A DNA stretch of 63,497 nt, filler included, from Rhabdomonas costata (lineage: Eukaryota): assembly GCA_019059605.1 (NCBI GenBank). It is 34 parts of 34 records of this genome, joined end to end, with 100 filler letters (N's around TTAATTAATTAA, not from the genome) between each part and the next. Parts side by side here need not be neighbours in the genome. Positions count along the whole stretch, not along the records: positions 37,415 to 39,185 come from JAHMHO010009302.1; positions 39,286 to 41,056 come from JAHMHO010009303.1; positions 41,157 to 42,927 come from JAHMHO010009304.1; positions 43,028 to 44,798 come from JAHMHO010009305.1; positions 44,899 to 46,669 come from JAHMHO010009306.1; positions 46,770 to 48,539 come from JAHMHO010009307.1; positions 48,640 to 50,409 come from JAHMHO010009308.1; 27 more parts are not named here. The stretch is one strand, 5' to 3'. The notes below the pieces were generated by a model. That model was not told the DNA's origin. It searched no databases and worked only from the letters and a program-made list of their open reading frames with translations. Both the position numbers and the translations under genes were made by a program. This document shows positions 37,884-49,152 of this stretch, piece by piece. How positions within the stretch are numbered: the stretch's first letter is position 1; every line of letters starts with the position of its first letter.

Positions 37884-38913
37884 ATTCTTCTACCCCGGCC
37901 AAGGATCACTCCTTGCACCTACAACACATACTTTCGCCCCCATTTCCCCCTAACGAAATTCCCTTTTGGCCAAATGACCTTTCTGGCCATTCCCCGTGAC
38001 CGTTGCTACTGTCTTTTCCCTGCACAACACCAGTTGTCTTTTTCGTGCTTTTCCTGCTTTTGGTTTCCTTGGGTACCGCTTTTCCCCCTCGGATCTTTTG
38101 ATCACTTGACCATACCGGCTTGTTTTGAAATTTGCTACCGCATTAGACCAAAACTAAAGGAATCTAAATGGAAACCCTCCTTTGCTAGACCAAAACTCCC
38201 AACCCCACAAAACTACCTGACTCGACCCGGAAACTTAGTCCGATGCATTGTTGTAAATATTCCCCATTTTTCTCATGCACCTTTGCTTTCCATTTCCAAG
38301 TTTTTACACACTTTTCTCCCCTCCCTCAATCCAGCATTTTCCTAATTCCGAAGAGGAACGTGGAACCTGTGTGTTTGTTTTTTGGTTCCTTCTAACGGTT
38401 TTGCTTTGGGATTTGGGAAAGAGAGGACTTTAAACTAAATTCCTACCGAAATCAGTTAACTATTTTGTAAAGCAAGTAAGTATCAGTAAAACGGGCTCTG
38501 AGCCCAGTACGAGGTTCGGGAGCCGAGCCCTCTAACCCATTTGCGGCAGACAATGGTACCTCCGAGCATTTTTTAACCGGAGTTGCAACACCTTTGCGGT
38601 TGGCGGGATTGGACTTTCCGCCAGCGCCACACTGTGGGACGCACTGGCATACCAGGGACGCGTTTGCAGCCTACTTGAAGAAAAAGTTCTTTTCCAACTT
38701 TGTTTTTTGGAAATTGGATGGGCGCAAAGGTGAAGAAAACAGTTTTTCGTGTCTTACACTTTGAGCCAAGCTACTAAGAGGTTGCCCTTTTGTTTGGGGC
38801 TTTCACGTGGGGTACCGTTTCATAAATGTGTATAAAGACATGCCGGCTGCGCTGATGTCGAAAAGCTTTTGAGTTTGCATGAAAACGTTGCGGACCCTTA
38901 AAGCGCTGGACAC

Positions 38914-39185
38914 CGTACTTCGTTTAAGACTAAGTATGATACGTTTCACTACCGGGTCATGCCATTTGGGTTTTTTAACGCCCCTCTACCTTCCAACTGA
39001 CGATGGACTTTGTCATGTACGATCTCCGTGAGTTTGCCGTAGCTTACATTGACGATGTGCTAATCTTCACTAAAGCGCTTGAGGAACACCTGCACTACAT
39101 CCGAGAAGTGTAGGAACGACTTGACAAGAACCATCTATTTGCCAACCCGCAGAAGTGCTCCTTCTGTCAACCGGAAGGTGAGTAC
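38914..39185 (+). mobile_element. Ty3/gypsy reverse transcriptase remnant
   Basis: RTSFKTKYDTFHYRVMPFGFFNAPSTFQ...AYIDDVLIFTKALEEHLHYIREV*ERL...NPQKCSF. One in-frame stop; runs off the contig end. Confidence 0.9.
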
Positions 39186-39838
39186 NNNNNNNNNNNNNNN
39201 NNNNNNNNNNNNNNNNNNNNNNNNNNNNNTTAATTAATTAANNNNNNNNNNNNNNNNNNNNNNNNNNNNNNNNNNNNNNNNNNNNGCCGTGAAGCGGCGG
39301 GGCGTGTAAACCAGCCCGCAGCGCGGCCGGAGCGGACGGATGAGGCGGAGATGTGCCATTGGGGTGCGTGCAAAAATTTGAATTTACGTTAAACTGTTTG
39401 AAAATCTTGTTCCTCAAGAAAGTCATTTTCTCAGCACGGGGCTTAGGTTAACTGTGCCATCTCGAGAACTCTCACTTGCAAGGTGGTCTTGGGCAATACC
39501 CGTCTACAGGACGGTAAGGCACCAACAAAGAGCTGTGTGATTTTGTAAGTTTTGCTGTGCTGCTTTTCAACTGGCGTAGGATGAGCTCATGAGTATTCTG
39601 CTCAGCCAACAAGCTCAGTGTAATGGCCAATTGGGCTGCTTCCGCACACACTCACAACTGCACAGGCCCAACCCGGCGGGTTCATTTTGTTCCACAGAGA
39701 GCTCTCACACCCTACTGTGCAGAACGCTCTTACCTCTTTTGTGTTGCCTCTTTCTTCCTTTCCATTTACTTCGCCGACGCTACTCTTCCCTATCTGCTCT
39801 CATCTCCTCCGCTCGCACTCCATCTTGTCCCCTCAAGT

Positions 39839-40757
39839 ATGGCGGCGAGCTGCAACCTGAGGGCCTCGAAGGACCTGAAGGAGCTGAACTCCACCCCGAA
39901 CACGGACAACCCCCCGATCCTGGCTTGCGCGGTGGAGGAAAAGCTCGACCACGTCGTGGCACTGGTCACGGGGCCCCCCGACACGCCGTACCACTTCGGG
40001 TTCTACTTCTTCGACATCCGGCTGCCTCAGACCTACCCCAACCACCCCCCAAAGGTGAAAATTGTCACCACGGACTACGGCAGGGTCCGCTTCAATCCCA
40101 ACCTGTATGCCTCACTCTTCCCCGTCATCAATATATATTGAATGGAGTGAATGCTTTTTTCACCCACCGCATCCTCCTTTCATTCATTGCTGGGATGCTG
40201 CCCTGGAAGATCCAACCAGAGAGCTTAATTGCGCCGCTTGTGTTTTTTTTTGGTTTTGATTCTCTGGTAAATGCTGTACCACAACAATGAACTTCGGTGT
40301 TTATGCGTCTTCTCTTAAGATACACCTTTTGTTCCAAAATAAACGGAACAGCAGCTTGGGGTGTAGTGGCGTCATTCCCCGTTCGGGTGCTGACAATGTC
40401 GCTTCAGTCTCTCTGGTCTCTTCTTTCCTGGAAGCCTGAAGGCTGAGTTGAACCCACAACTTCCCCTTTGAGCGTTACTCTGCACTCCTCCCTCCTCCTC
40501 CCGTTCCATTAACGAGCAAGTTCTGTCTCTCTGTCACCCCATACCAACAGGTACGCCGACGGCAAGGTGTGTCTGAGTATCCTGGGTACGTGGAGGGGTG
40601 AGACTTCAGAGATCTGGCGGTCCTCCTACTCCATTGGTTACGTCCTCAACGCCATCCAGTGCCTCATCATGAACTCCTCCCCGTACCACAACGAACCGGG
40701 TTACGAGAGCGAAACCCTCAGCAAGGCCGAGGAGGAGGACGAAGATGAGCGAAAGCG
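39839..40757 (+). CDS. Ubiquitin-conjugating enzyme E2, UBE2Z-like, first 2 exons
   Basis: Exons 39839-40104 and 40551-40757: [20 protein letters not shown]...YPNHPPKV...[27 protein letters not shown]...PYHNEPGYE. Confidence 0.92.
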
Positions 40758-41715
40758 GTGACCCACACAACACATACGCACATACCCGATCTCTGTTGTT
40801 ACTGCGTTACTGCTCCTTCTGGCAGCTCGACGAAGCCAAATCCGGACAGCAGAATCTGCCCGCTCATCCTCAGCACGCCTGCACGCTCATTGCCTGCTTC
40901 ACCCCAACCACTGCCACCCGTTCTCACCCATCTCTTTCTATTTCCAACCCTGGTCTGATGCACTTTTTCCGGGGGGGGGGTACGGTTTTACGTTAGCATA
41001 CCCCTGCCCAGCCCCAGCTCTTTGCCATTTCCAATTCTGCGACCGGCAACTGGTTTNNNNNNNNNNNNNNNNNNNNNNNNNNNNNNNNNNNNNNNNNNNN
41101 TTAATTAATTAANNNNNNNNNNNNNNNNNNNNNNNNNNNNNNNNNNNNNNNNNNNNGGGGTTGGTGCGCATCATCGCTTTTTCGCGGTTCTTTGCGTGCC
41201 TCCGGTTTTCTGATTCACACTTGCACACCAATGCCTCCTCGCCCCACATCGTGTCTTCTTTGCCAAACCCCAGACGCTAGTCTTGCGTATGGGTGAGGAT
41301 AGATGGGTGTAAAAGGGGACCATGCGCGCAGGAAAATATATTTTGCAACGGGGAAGCGAGGAGAGGGAGGGGCAGGCGAGATGGTTCGCGTGCACCACAT
41401 CGCTATTCCATGTCGGGGAGTATCTCTTGCGACAGGCGAGGTCCTTGGCGGCGGTGACTGATGCATTGCCCACAAGTGAAGAACATCTCAGAATGGAGAG
41501 ACCCTCGAAGAACGGGCTCCCAACCTTCACAGGAAGGAGAAGGAACGGCGAACCGAAGGGAGCCAATATGCAGCATATGGCGCGGGCGGATTGGTGACTG
41601 GTGACTGGTGGGGAAGGCAAGTCAGTTGTGTCAGGTGTGAACACCACCCTCACTTTGACCCAAAATGGACAAAAGATTCGGTTGGGAGGGGGGGACAACG
41701 GCAGGGCCTCATCAC

Positions 41716-41825
41716 CTTCATCAACGCCGCGGCAGCCGCGCAGGCAGGCACCATGGCCATAGCTACACCTGTGATGACCATTATTCCCGCCTCCAGGCCA
41801 AGCGGAAGCGAGGCCAACAGCTTGC
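41716..41825 (-). CDS. Hydrophobic exon of a hypothetical membrane protein
   Basis: TAG acceptor and GT donor flank KLLASLPLGLEAGIMVITGVAMAMVPACAAAAALMK. Confidence 0.45.
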
Positions 41826-43627
41826 CTAAGAGCAAAGGTATTATTGTGAGAGCCAAACTCACCACCAATCCAGAGTGACAATTTCGCCCTCCACTCCCAC
41901 CCCAAAAAACACAGATGACGCAACGAGATTGAGATTACGGCACATTTCAAACCGACGATATGACAGGTGGTCGACGTGATGTGTTCCGCACCCCGCCCAC
42001 ATACACTCAGAAACAAAGCACAAGTAGGCTTATGCGGTAACAGCCGCAGCGAAGACACGGAGACCGAGCCGCCCCGCTCCAAGGCTTTGCGCCGGAACAA
42101 GCGGGGGAGACGGTGCTCAAGGTCGAGAAGCAGAGGGGGTTCCAGGTTCATGCCTACTCCTCCACTCGGTTCTTTTGACCAATCTTTTCTTTGCCAGTGT
42201 TGCCCGTAAGTAGATAGTTGGGTGTTTTTTTTTTGTTCTTTGAGCACAGTTCAGTTCAGCCAGCAGTCGCGTGCAGATCTCGCCACACTGCCAGGTTCGG
42301 CATTCTGCCGAAGCGGCAGGCCGAGCTTCACTTAGCCTCGCTTAGTCCAGGGGCAGCTTCAGGCACTGTGCAACTCTTCTGCTCAATTCGCAGTCTTTTC
42401 TCCTCTTTTTTCGCAGAGACGCGGGTGACCGAACACTCTTTGACACCAGCTTTACCGTGATTGACCCCCTCAACGAGTACAGCAAAACGGTTCCTGCCTT
42501 TCTTCTTTCTTTCTTCCTGCCCCCATTCCCCATAGCTGATTTTCATCCCTCACCCCCCAGTAGAAAGAAGGACTGAATGGAGCGAGTTGCAACAGTAATG
42601 CAGACAGCGATGTAAAAGACGCACACTTGTGAATCTGGTACGGTCCCACACTGCTTCTGATCGGTGGTCGCAGTGGAAATGCTGTCGAAGGAACGCGCTC
42701 AAGAGCGCACACCATCACTGGCGCCTTTCCTTTTGCTGAAAAATCAAAGTAACCAGAGTTCAAACGACGACCGACGAGGGAAGACCCTTCTCTTCTTTCA
42801 ACCACGGCTCAAAACAAAGAGTACGCTTGAGCAGAAGCAAGCGCTTGGGAGTAAGCTGGAAAGCGACAACTGGTGCCTTCCGAAAGAAGCCAGACCTGTT
42901 CTGGGCAGCACCCCCACACACAAAACANNNNNNNNNNNNNNNNNNNNNNNNNNNNNNNNNNNNNNNNNNNNTTAATTAATTAANNNNNNNNNNNNNNNNN
43001 NNNNNNNNNNNNNNNNNNNNNNNNNNNCTGATTTAGAGTGCACTGTTTTCGGTTTTGAGGTGACGCGGGCAAAATGGGGCTGGAGTCTATGGGAGACTTC
43101 GGAGTTTTTCTGCCCGTCAAGCTCTCAAATATGTCGGTCCTCATATCTTGTGCGCGCGCCACCCGAAGGATTCGACATTTCCAATCGGGTTGGACGGTGA
43201 TTATGCTGATTATCGCTGATTATGAGGCGGGTACGAATCATGATAAGCGACTACAGCTACTGCTTGAGTCAACATCATCCGTGTTGGAAGGAAGGTTTCG
43301 ACCACTTCGACAAGGTAGGGCTCAATTGGTAATACTCAATCGCCGGTATCAGCTGGCGCTTGCGAGGGACCTTTGCAGTGCACTCTTCACTCAGCTCCCA
43401 GCCCGCATTACCAAACGACCACCATAAAATCCCTGTACAGAAATACAAAAACGGCATCCAGTGGCACAAGTCCTCAGAGCCGGCTGAAAAGTTGAAAGTC
43501 TGAGTACTGCACCGGAGATTGGATACCGCGAGTTCCTGTAAAAGGTAATAGTTCGTACAAAAGGTAATACGCAAACCGGAGGAAACACCCCCCCCCGCAG
43601 GAACACAAAGAAAACACAAAGACAAAC

Positions 43628-44450
43628 CCCCCGGTACAGGCCAGCCGTACGCTCAGACCCAGCTTCTGCGTCGCCAAAAGCAGCTCCTGCGCCGCGGCCA
43701 CGCACCGCGAGGCGTGGTCCGAGCGGGCGTTGCGGACATTCCAGTAGGCCAGCACCTTGTCCCCGGCGAAGGGCGTGGAGAGCCCGCCGTGAGATTGGAT
43801 CGCCTTCCCACACAGACAATACCCACCCACCAGTCACCAAGACCCTTACTTTTTGCTTTATCATCATGGCGAGGCGGGTCCACTTTGTCCTAGGTGTCCG
43901 GGGCCTAACTCTCTTCTCTAATGCTCACGCTATCGTCGATGCGCAAACGCACAGGACTGATGCAACCTGGCTGGTCGCCTGGATCACCGTCGTGTGCGTC
44001 GAGACCAGCGCGTCTTCATCCGCGGCAAGCAGGTGGAACCCGGCGATGTCCATCTGCAACACAGACACCGTGCGGTGGGTCAGCGCCCCGACCTGCCGGT
44101 GGGCCCCTGCGGAGAGCTTCCGCTGCATCGCCGGGCACTTTCGACTCGTCATTACGCTCAGCCTCGACTCCACGGATTCCTTCCGCCGTCCCTGTCGCCC
44201 GCTCGCCTTGGGGGAAGTCTGGTAGGCTTCTTCTCGGTGGGTGGCCTGGCTTCGGCCGGAATCGGGGTGCCCTAACTCTTGCCGCGAACAGTCACTGCGG
44301 ATCTCGCAGTTTGCCGGGACGGGGGCAGGGGCCACTCGGCGGCCATTGCCGGTAGGGCTGCGGACCTCCTCCGCTAACTCGGCCTCTTCGGGGTCGACCT
44401 CGGCGCCCTGGTCGGAGTCCTCGCCGGAGCCCAGCACGGCCTCCGGGAGG
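43628..44450 (-). CDS. Partial class III adenylate/guanylate cyclase-domain protein
   Basis: Exons ~44450-43967 and 43803-43628: RTVSVLQMDIAGFH...|AIQSHGGLSTPFAGDKVLAYWN...HASRCVAAA. Both metal-binding Asp motifs are present. Confidence 0.82.
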
Positions 44451-44914
44451 TAGGCCCGGAACTCCTTTGATTAAGGGATTGGGAGGTGATGACACGAGGC
44501 AACGAACAGAAGCGCATGCGGTGCTCTCCTCAAATCTCTGCGCCACCTCTGAGGGTGACGTAGCGCAGAGAGTGAGCGCTATGGGTACAAAAGAAAGCAA
44601 AGCGGTGCAAATGGTGGTGCCGGCTAAAAGGGCAAAACTCCACGTGGCATAAATGATTTACAGAACGCATACCATTAGAATCTATACTACACATCATCGT
44701 CATCATCAAACACCAGAGTGAACCGGGGGCAACTTCAGAAGCGCAGCCAATCATGAGCAAATCGCAGAATTAGCAATACCTTAAAGTCACAAACAAACNN
44801 NNNNNNNNNNNNNNNNNNNNNNNNNNNNNNNNNNNNNNNNNNTTAATTAATTAANNNNNNNNNNNNNNNNNNNNNNNNNNNNNNNNNNNNNNNNNNNNTG
44901 TGGTATTCTGTCTC

Positions 44915-45515
44915 TCACTCGCATCAGCTCGTTCGTTCCGACGTCAGGATTCTCAGGTCTTCGAGTCCTTCCTCTACGTGTGGTTCGCTTCACCGCTGTC
45001 ACGGTTACGCTCACGGTTCGTCACTCGCTACGCGCTCGTTCCTCTCGACGTCCTCACTCGCTACGCTTCGTTCGTCCTCTGCATACGTTCTTTCGATCAC
45101 GGTTCACAATCGTCCTATCGTCGCTGCGCCCCTCAATGTCCTCATGTTCACAGGGTTAAGGGCTGTATTCTGGTCGTCGTCACTCACTGCGTTCGTTCCT
45201 CCTCCTGTCTTCCTGTCGGCATTCTCGGTACCTCGAATGCCTCCTTCTATCTTTACGTCCTCAGTCGCTGCGCTCCTTCGTCCTTCTATCCCCATTCGCT
45301 ACCCCCTCATGGGGCCCCTCCTACCTGCGGTGCTGAGACCGAACGTAGGCACCTTATGGTGGTGGAGTGAGGGGGGGAAGAGTGGAGGATGCTTGCGAGG
45401 GACGGAGCAGCACGACGATGGGAGGAGGAGTGGAAGCGCGCAGCGGTGGAACGACGACGTAGGGAAGGTGAAAGGTGATGGATGTCGTCAGTCAGTCGCT
45501 ACGCTCCTTCCTTCC
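44915..45515 (-). repeat. Cluster of at least 6 GNA-loop hairpins with tandem G.A pairs
   Basis: Motif TCASTCRC-loop-GYTCSTTC on the + strand at 44915, 45021, 45054, 45180, 45261 and 45492, with compensatory changes between copies. Confidence 0.8.
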
Positions 45516-46269
45516 TCCTAGATGCGTTGTTCGGTCGCTCCCCGCAATGCGGTACGCTCCCTCACGAAGACAGAAGCTAAGGGGTATTCCTGTCACTCGG
45601 TCGCTACATATCCAAGGAGGCGTCGTCCGCACCCCAATTCCAAACGAGGAGGCGATCAGCTTAGTCCTGAGATTGGCAACGTCTTTCTGGGTGGAGATGT
45701 GGCCCTTGTGCAATACCCCATTGTCTCGCAATCGGTAATGACGTTCGAGGCGTTGGACGCATCTCTGCCCTTTCGGATGACCACAAAAATCCCCCCACCT
45801 CTGCAGTTGGGTGTTTTTCGTCACCTCACACACTCTTGCCCCCACTATGAATAAAGTGCTGTTTTCCTGTGTACCCTTTGCGTTCGCGGCCGCCTTTGCC
45901 AGCCACCTTCCTCGCGATGTGCCGCAGTTGGTGTCTAGGGTCCCAAGATGCGCCAAGATGCACCGGTATGGGGTGGTATCCCGGGGTCATGGAGGTCCCC
46001 CTACCACCCTCCTACCCCTCAGATTTCCACGTGTTGGTTTTTAGGGGTAGGGAAGCATGTCTGTACCCTCTCGGCATCTCCTGGGGTGGTAGGGTTTGGT
46101 GTCCGTAGGTGTCAGGGTCCTTGGATGCAGGTAGCGGCACCATACCCCACTGTTATCCCGGGGTGATGGAGGTGGTCCCCCCAGGTGGTAAAATTCGCGT
46201 GGTTTTTTAAGTCTTTAGCACGGGAGGATACATTCTTTTTTGGCTTAGTTTGGTATGCTTGGCTTTGTC

Positions 46270-46430
46270 TCTGGGTTCAGGGGTTCGGCTGTCGGGTTTC
46301 GAGGTCTTGGGTTCGGGTTTTTGCCTTTGGGGTTCGGGATTTCGGGTTTTGGTCTTCGGGGTCAGGAATTCGGTCTTTGGGTTCGGTCTTTGCCTTCGGT
46401 CTTTGGGTTCGGCATTCGGCATTCGGGTTT
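46270..46430. repeat. Degenerate (GGGTTC/TTCGG)-like low-complexity tandem array
   Basis: Repeated gggttcgg, ttcggg, tttggg and attcggc units; almost no A on the + strand. Confidence 0.7.
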
Positions 46431-46668
46431 ACGCGCATGGTTCAAGGAGTACAAAATACACCACTGGTAGTTGTTGAGTAGAGCTCGAGATAACTCGCCA
46501 CTCCCCACACAGTTAATTTGCTTTCGGCATATGCGCCGACAAGGAGAAGGTACGGTGGACTTTCGGCATTGTCAAGTTTGGATTCGGTTTTACGCGCATG
46601 GTTCAAGGAGTACAGAATACACCACTGGTAGTTGTTGAGTAGAGCTCGAGATAACTCGCCACCCCACA
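46421..46668. repeat. About 88-bp direct repeat, two copies, 161-bp offset
   Basis: 46421-46509 vs 46582-46668 (attcgg.tttacgcgcatggttcaaggagtac...gagataactcgccac), with few differences. Confidence 0.92.
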
Positions 46669-46967
46669 ANNNNNNNNNNNNNNNNNNNNNNNNNNNNNNN
46701 NNNNNNNNNNNNNTTAATTAATTAANNNNNNNNNNNNNNNNNNNNNNNNNNNNNNNNNNNNNNNNNNNNGTGGTGGTGTGTTTGGTGTTGTGGTGAATCA
46801 GCCTGTATGCCGGGATCCTTTTCTTGAATTCAATATCTTTGATGCGTGAGCCATCCCGAGATTAGTCTGGACCTTCTTTGTGTGTCTGGTGTATTGTTGT
46901 TGAGCGAAGCAAAGTTGCGGTGTATGTACTTAGTCCAGATGTTCATGCTGCCGGAATGGGTGCACAG

Positions 46968-47997
46968 GCAGGGGCCTTGCCCGGGATCTGCGTGTGGCAG
47001 TGGGAGTCCGCCACGTCTGTGGTGAAGCTGAAGTCCGGGCACAAGGCCTCGGTGCACCAGCTGTGCTGGTGCCCGTCCATGAAATATTGTACGGTGCCGC
47101 CTCCCATTTCTTTTCGTGTTGGGTTTGTTTTCTAATCTTTTTGGGGATCCGGCAAAGAACAGCCAGATGGGGTTTCCTTCATTCTTTCCCACGTGACTCT
47201 TGATCTATCCTTCGCTTCTCTGTTTTCTTGGGTTCTCACAATATTTGCGGTTTGTTTCATGTTCCATGATGACATTCATGCAACAGTTGGAAAATGGTCC
47301 TTATATGCTGCTTCCCGCAGAGAAGAGTCGCTCAATTTGCTACTTCTTTGCATATTTTGAATGGACTTGATTCCTGTTCTTGTAAGTTGTTGAAGAGAGG
47401 GTTCCTGCCTTTCGTTCACCTGCAGTGCTCTCTTTGGGCCACCCGACCGAGGATGGGCACCTCAAGGTCTGGCTGTGGAAGAGGTCCTCCACTGTGCTGG
47501 TCGCCTCCACGAAGACTCCGCGGGTACGAAAATAGATAGAACAGAATAAATCCCACTACTCCAACGCCCAACAAGAACCCCGAGAATCGCAATCGTCTAC
47601 GGAAGCCCAAGCCCGAAAATATTCTGCCCTGCCAAAGGTTCAAAGCCCCCCCCCCCTCTGATGAGCAATATATTTGTCCCCCGGTTGTGGAAAGCTATCC
47701 AATGAAAACCCTCCAATGAGTTTTTTTATCATGTTTATGATGGCGTGCGGGTAAGAGGAAAGTGATGCTTTTGCGTTACCACTATTGCTTCTTCGTCTTT
47801 ATCTGCAAGTGGCATGCCTCAATTGGCACTGTGATTCTGGAATGCATGTTCAAATATATTGTCATCCTTGACTCCTGTGGTTTGATTTGCAGGTAAATGG
47901 GGTGGCGTTCGGTGGTGGAGGCAGCTATTTCGTCACCGCCGGTGCCCACTCTGTGAAATTCTGGCCCACTCAAGAGCTGGACAAGCTTGCGGAGAAG
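46968..47997 (+). CDS. Partial WD40 protein, MAPKBP1/WDR62-like
   Basis: Exons 46968-47088, 47426-47523 and 47893-47997: PGICVWQW...GHKASVHQLCWCPSMKYLLSLGH...LKVWLWK...LVASTK..RVNGVAF...SYFVTAGAHSVKFW, collinear with the MAPKBP1 N-terminal repeats. Confidence 0.85.
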
Positions 47998-48676
47998 GTG
48001 GCTTTTGCTTGCGTGCTGTTTCTATATAAATGTCACACGGTGGTGAGCAGAGACCCTCTGCGTTTCTGCTCTTTTTCATTTCTTTTCCATGCCTGAGCTG
48101 TGAAACTATCTTGTAAAGTATGTGTGAATGTGCTTTGTAGTACCAGTGCGTTTTTGTGGACCCCTGTAAGTTCTTTGATTATGGTTCATGTGCTGGTATT
48201 CCGCCAGAATACTGTGTTCCGAAAAATGTGGTCTGGGTGTTGTTGACCCCCTTTCCGCTTTTTTCCAGAATCTGAGCGGCTGCATGCGGCCATGAGAGAT
48301 CCAATCAAATTCAATTACCATGCTCTTGAACACGTGTCCTAGGGGGAGGGGTGAATTTGTTTTCTAATGTTCTCCCAGCACTTTTCTCGCCCAGACCAAT
48401 AACATTTGGAAAATCCGACTCACAACCTCTGTGTGTGTGTGTGCGTGCGCGCGCGCGCAATACTTGTGCTCTAGTTTCACGAAGCTGAAAGCTTGCTCGG
48501 GGAGGGGAAAAAGCGGAAAGGGGGTCAACAACCCCCAACNNNNNNNNNNNNNNNNNNNNNNNNNNNNNNNNNNNNNNNNNNNNTTAATTAATTAANNNNN
48601 NNNNNNNNNNNNNNNNNNNNNNNNNNNNNNNNNNNNNNNGGGTTTGGTGGATGGGCGGGGGCGCCGGGACGGCGAC

Positions 48677-49152
48677 CAGCCACTGCCGCGCTCCGAGGGG
48701 CTCCAAGTGTGTCGCCGCGCTCTCGGGAGCCCGAGACGGGGACCTTGGCGGAGTTGAGCTCTACCACAACACACACGCACACGGTCACACACAGCATCAT
48801 TTCGCGAACTGAATGCTCCGGGACAGAGCTTCGTGTGCCCTTCTTCCCCCCTTGGGTCCTCGCGTGACTGCGCTGCGAAACCTTTGTTCCTCTACCTCAG
48901 CCCCCTTCTGCAGCCGCAGCTGTTGTGACGTATTGTTGTGTTCTTTCGTTTCATCCGTGTTATGGCGAGGTGATCAGCGGGGAATGGTGCCTCACAGGTG
49001 CATTCCAATCCGGCAGTAAGCCAGTGTAGAACCGAATCCCACCGCCTTTTTGCCGCCTGACCTGAGCGGGGTTCGCGTCCGGCGCCTTCCGCCGAGGACG
49101 GCGATTCACCACGGCATTCAGGAAGTCCGTCTCTTCGGGGGTCAGCTCCACA
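48677..49152 (-). CDS. Hypothetical protein, 3 short exons
   Basis: Exons 49152-49062, 48919-48882 and 48760-48677 are phase-consistent with GT-AG introns: VELTPEETDFLNAVVNRRPRRK... Confidence 0.45.

Noticed and set aside
41171-42247. 358-aa ORF, the longest in the track
   Set aside because: It reads through intron-like sequence, and the most plausible exon (41825-41716) is in another frame.
46421-46668. CRISPR array
   Set aside because: Only two copies, about 88 bp long, in a eukaryotic context with no cas genes.
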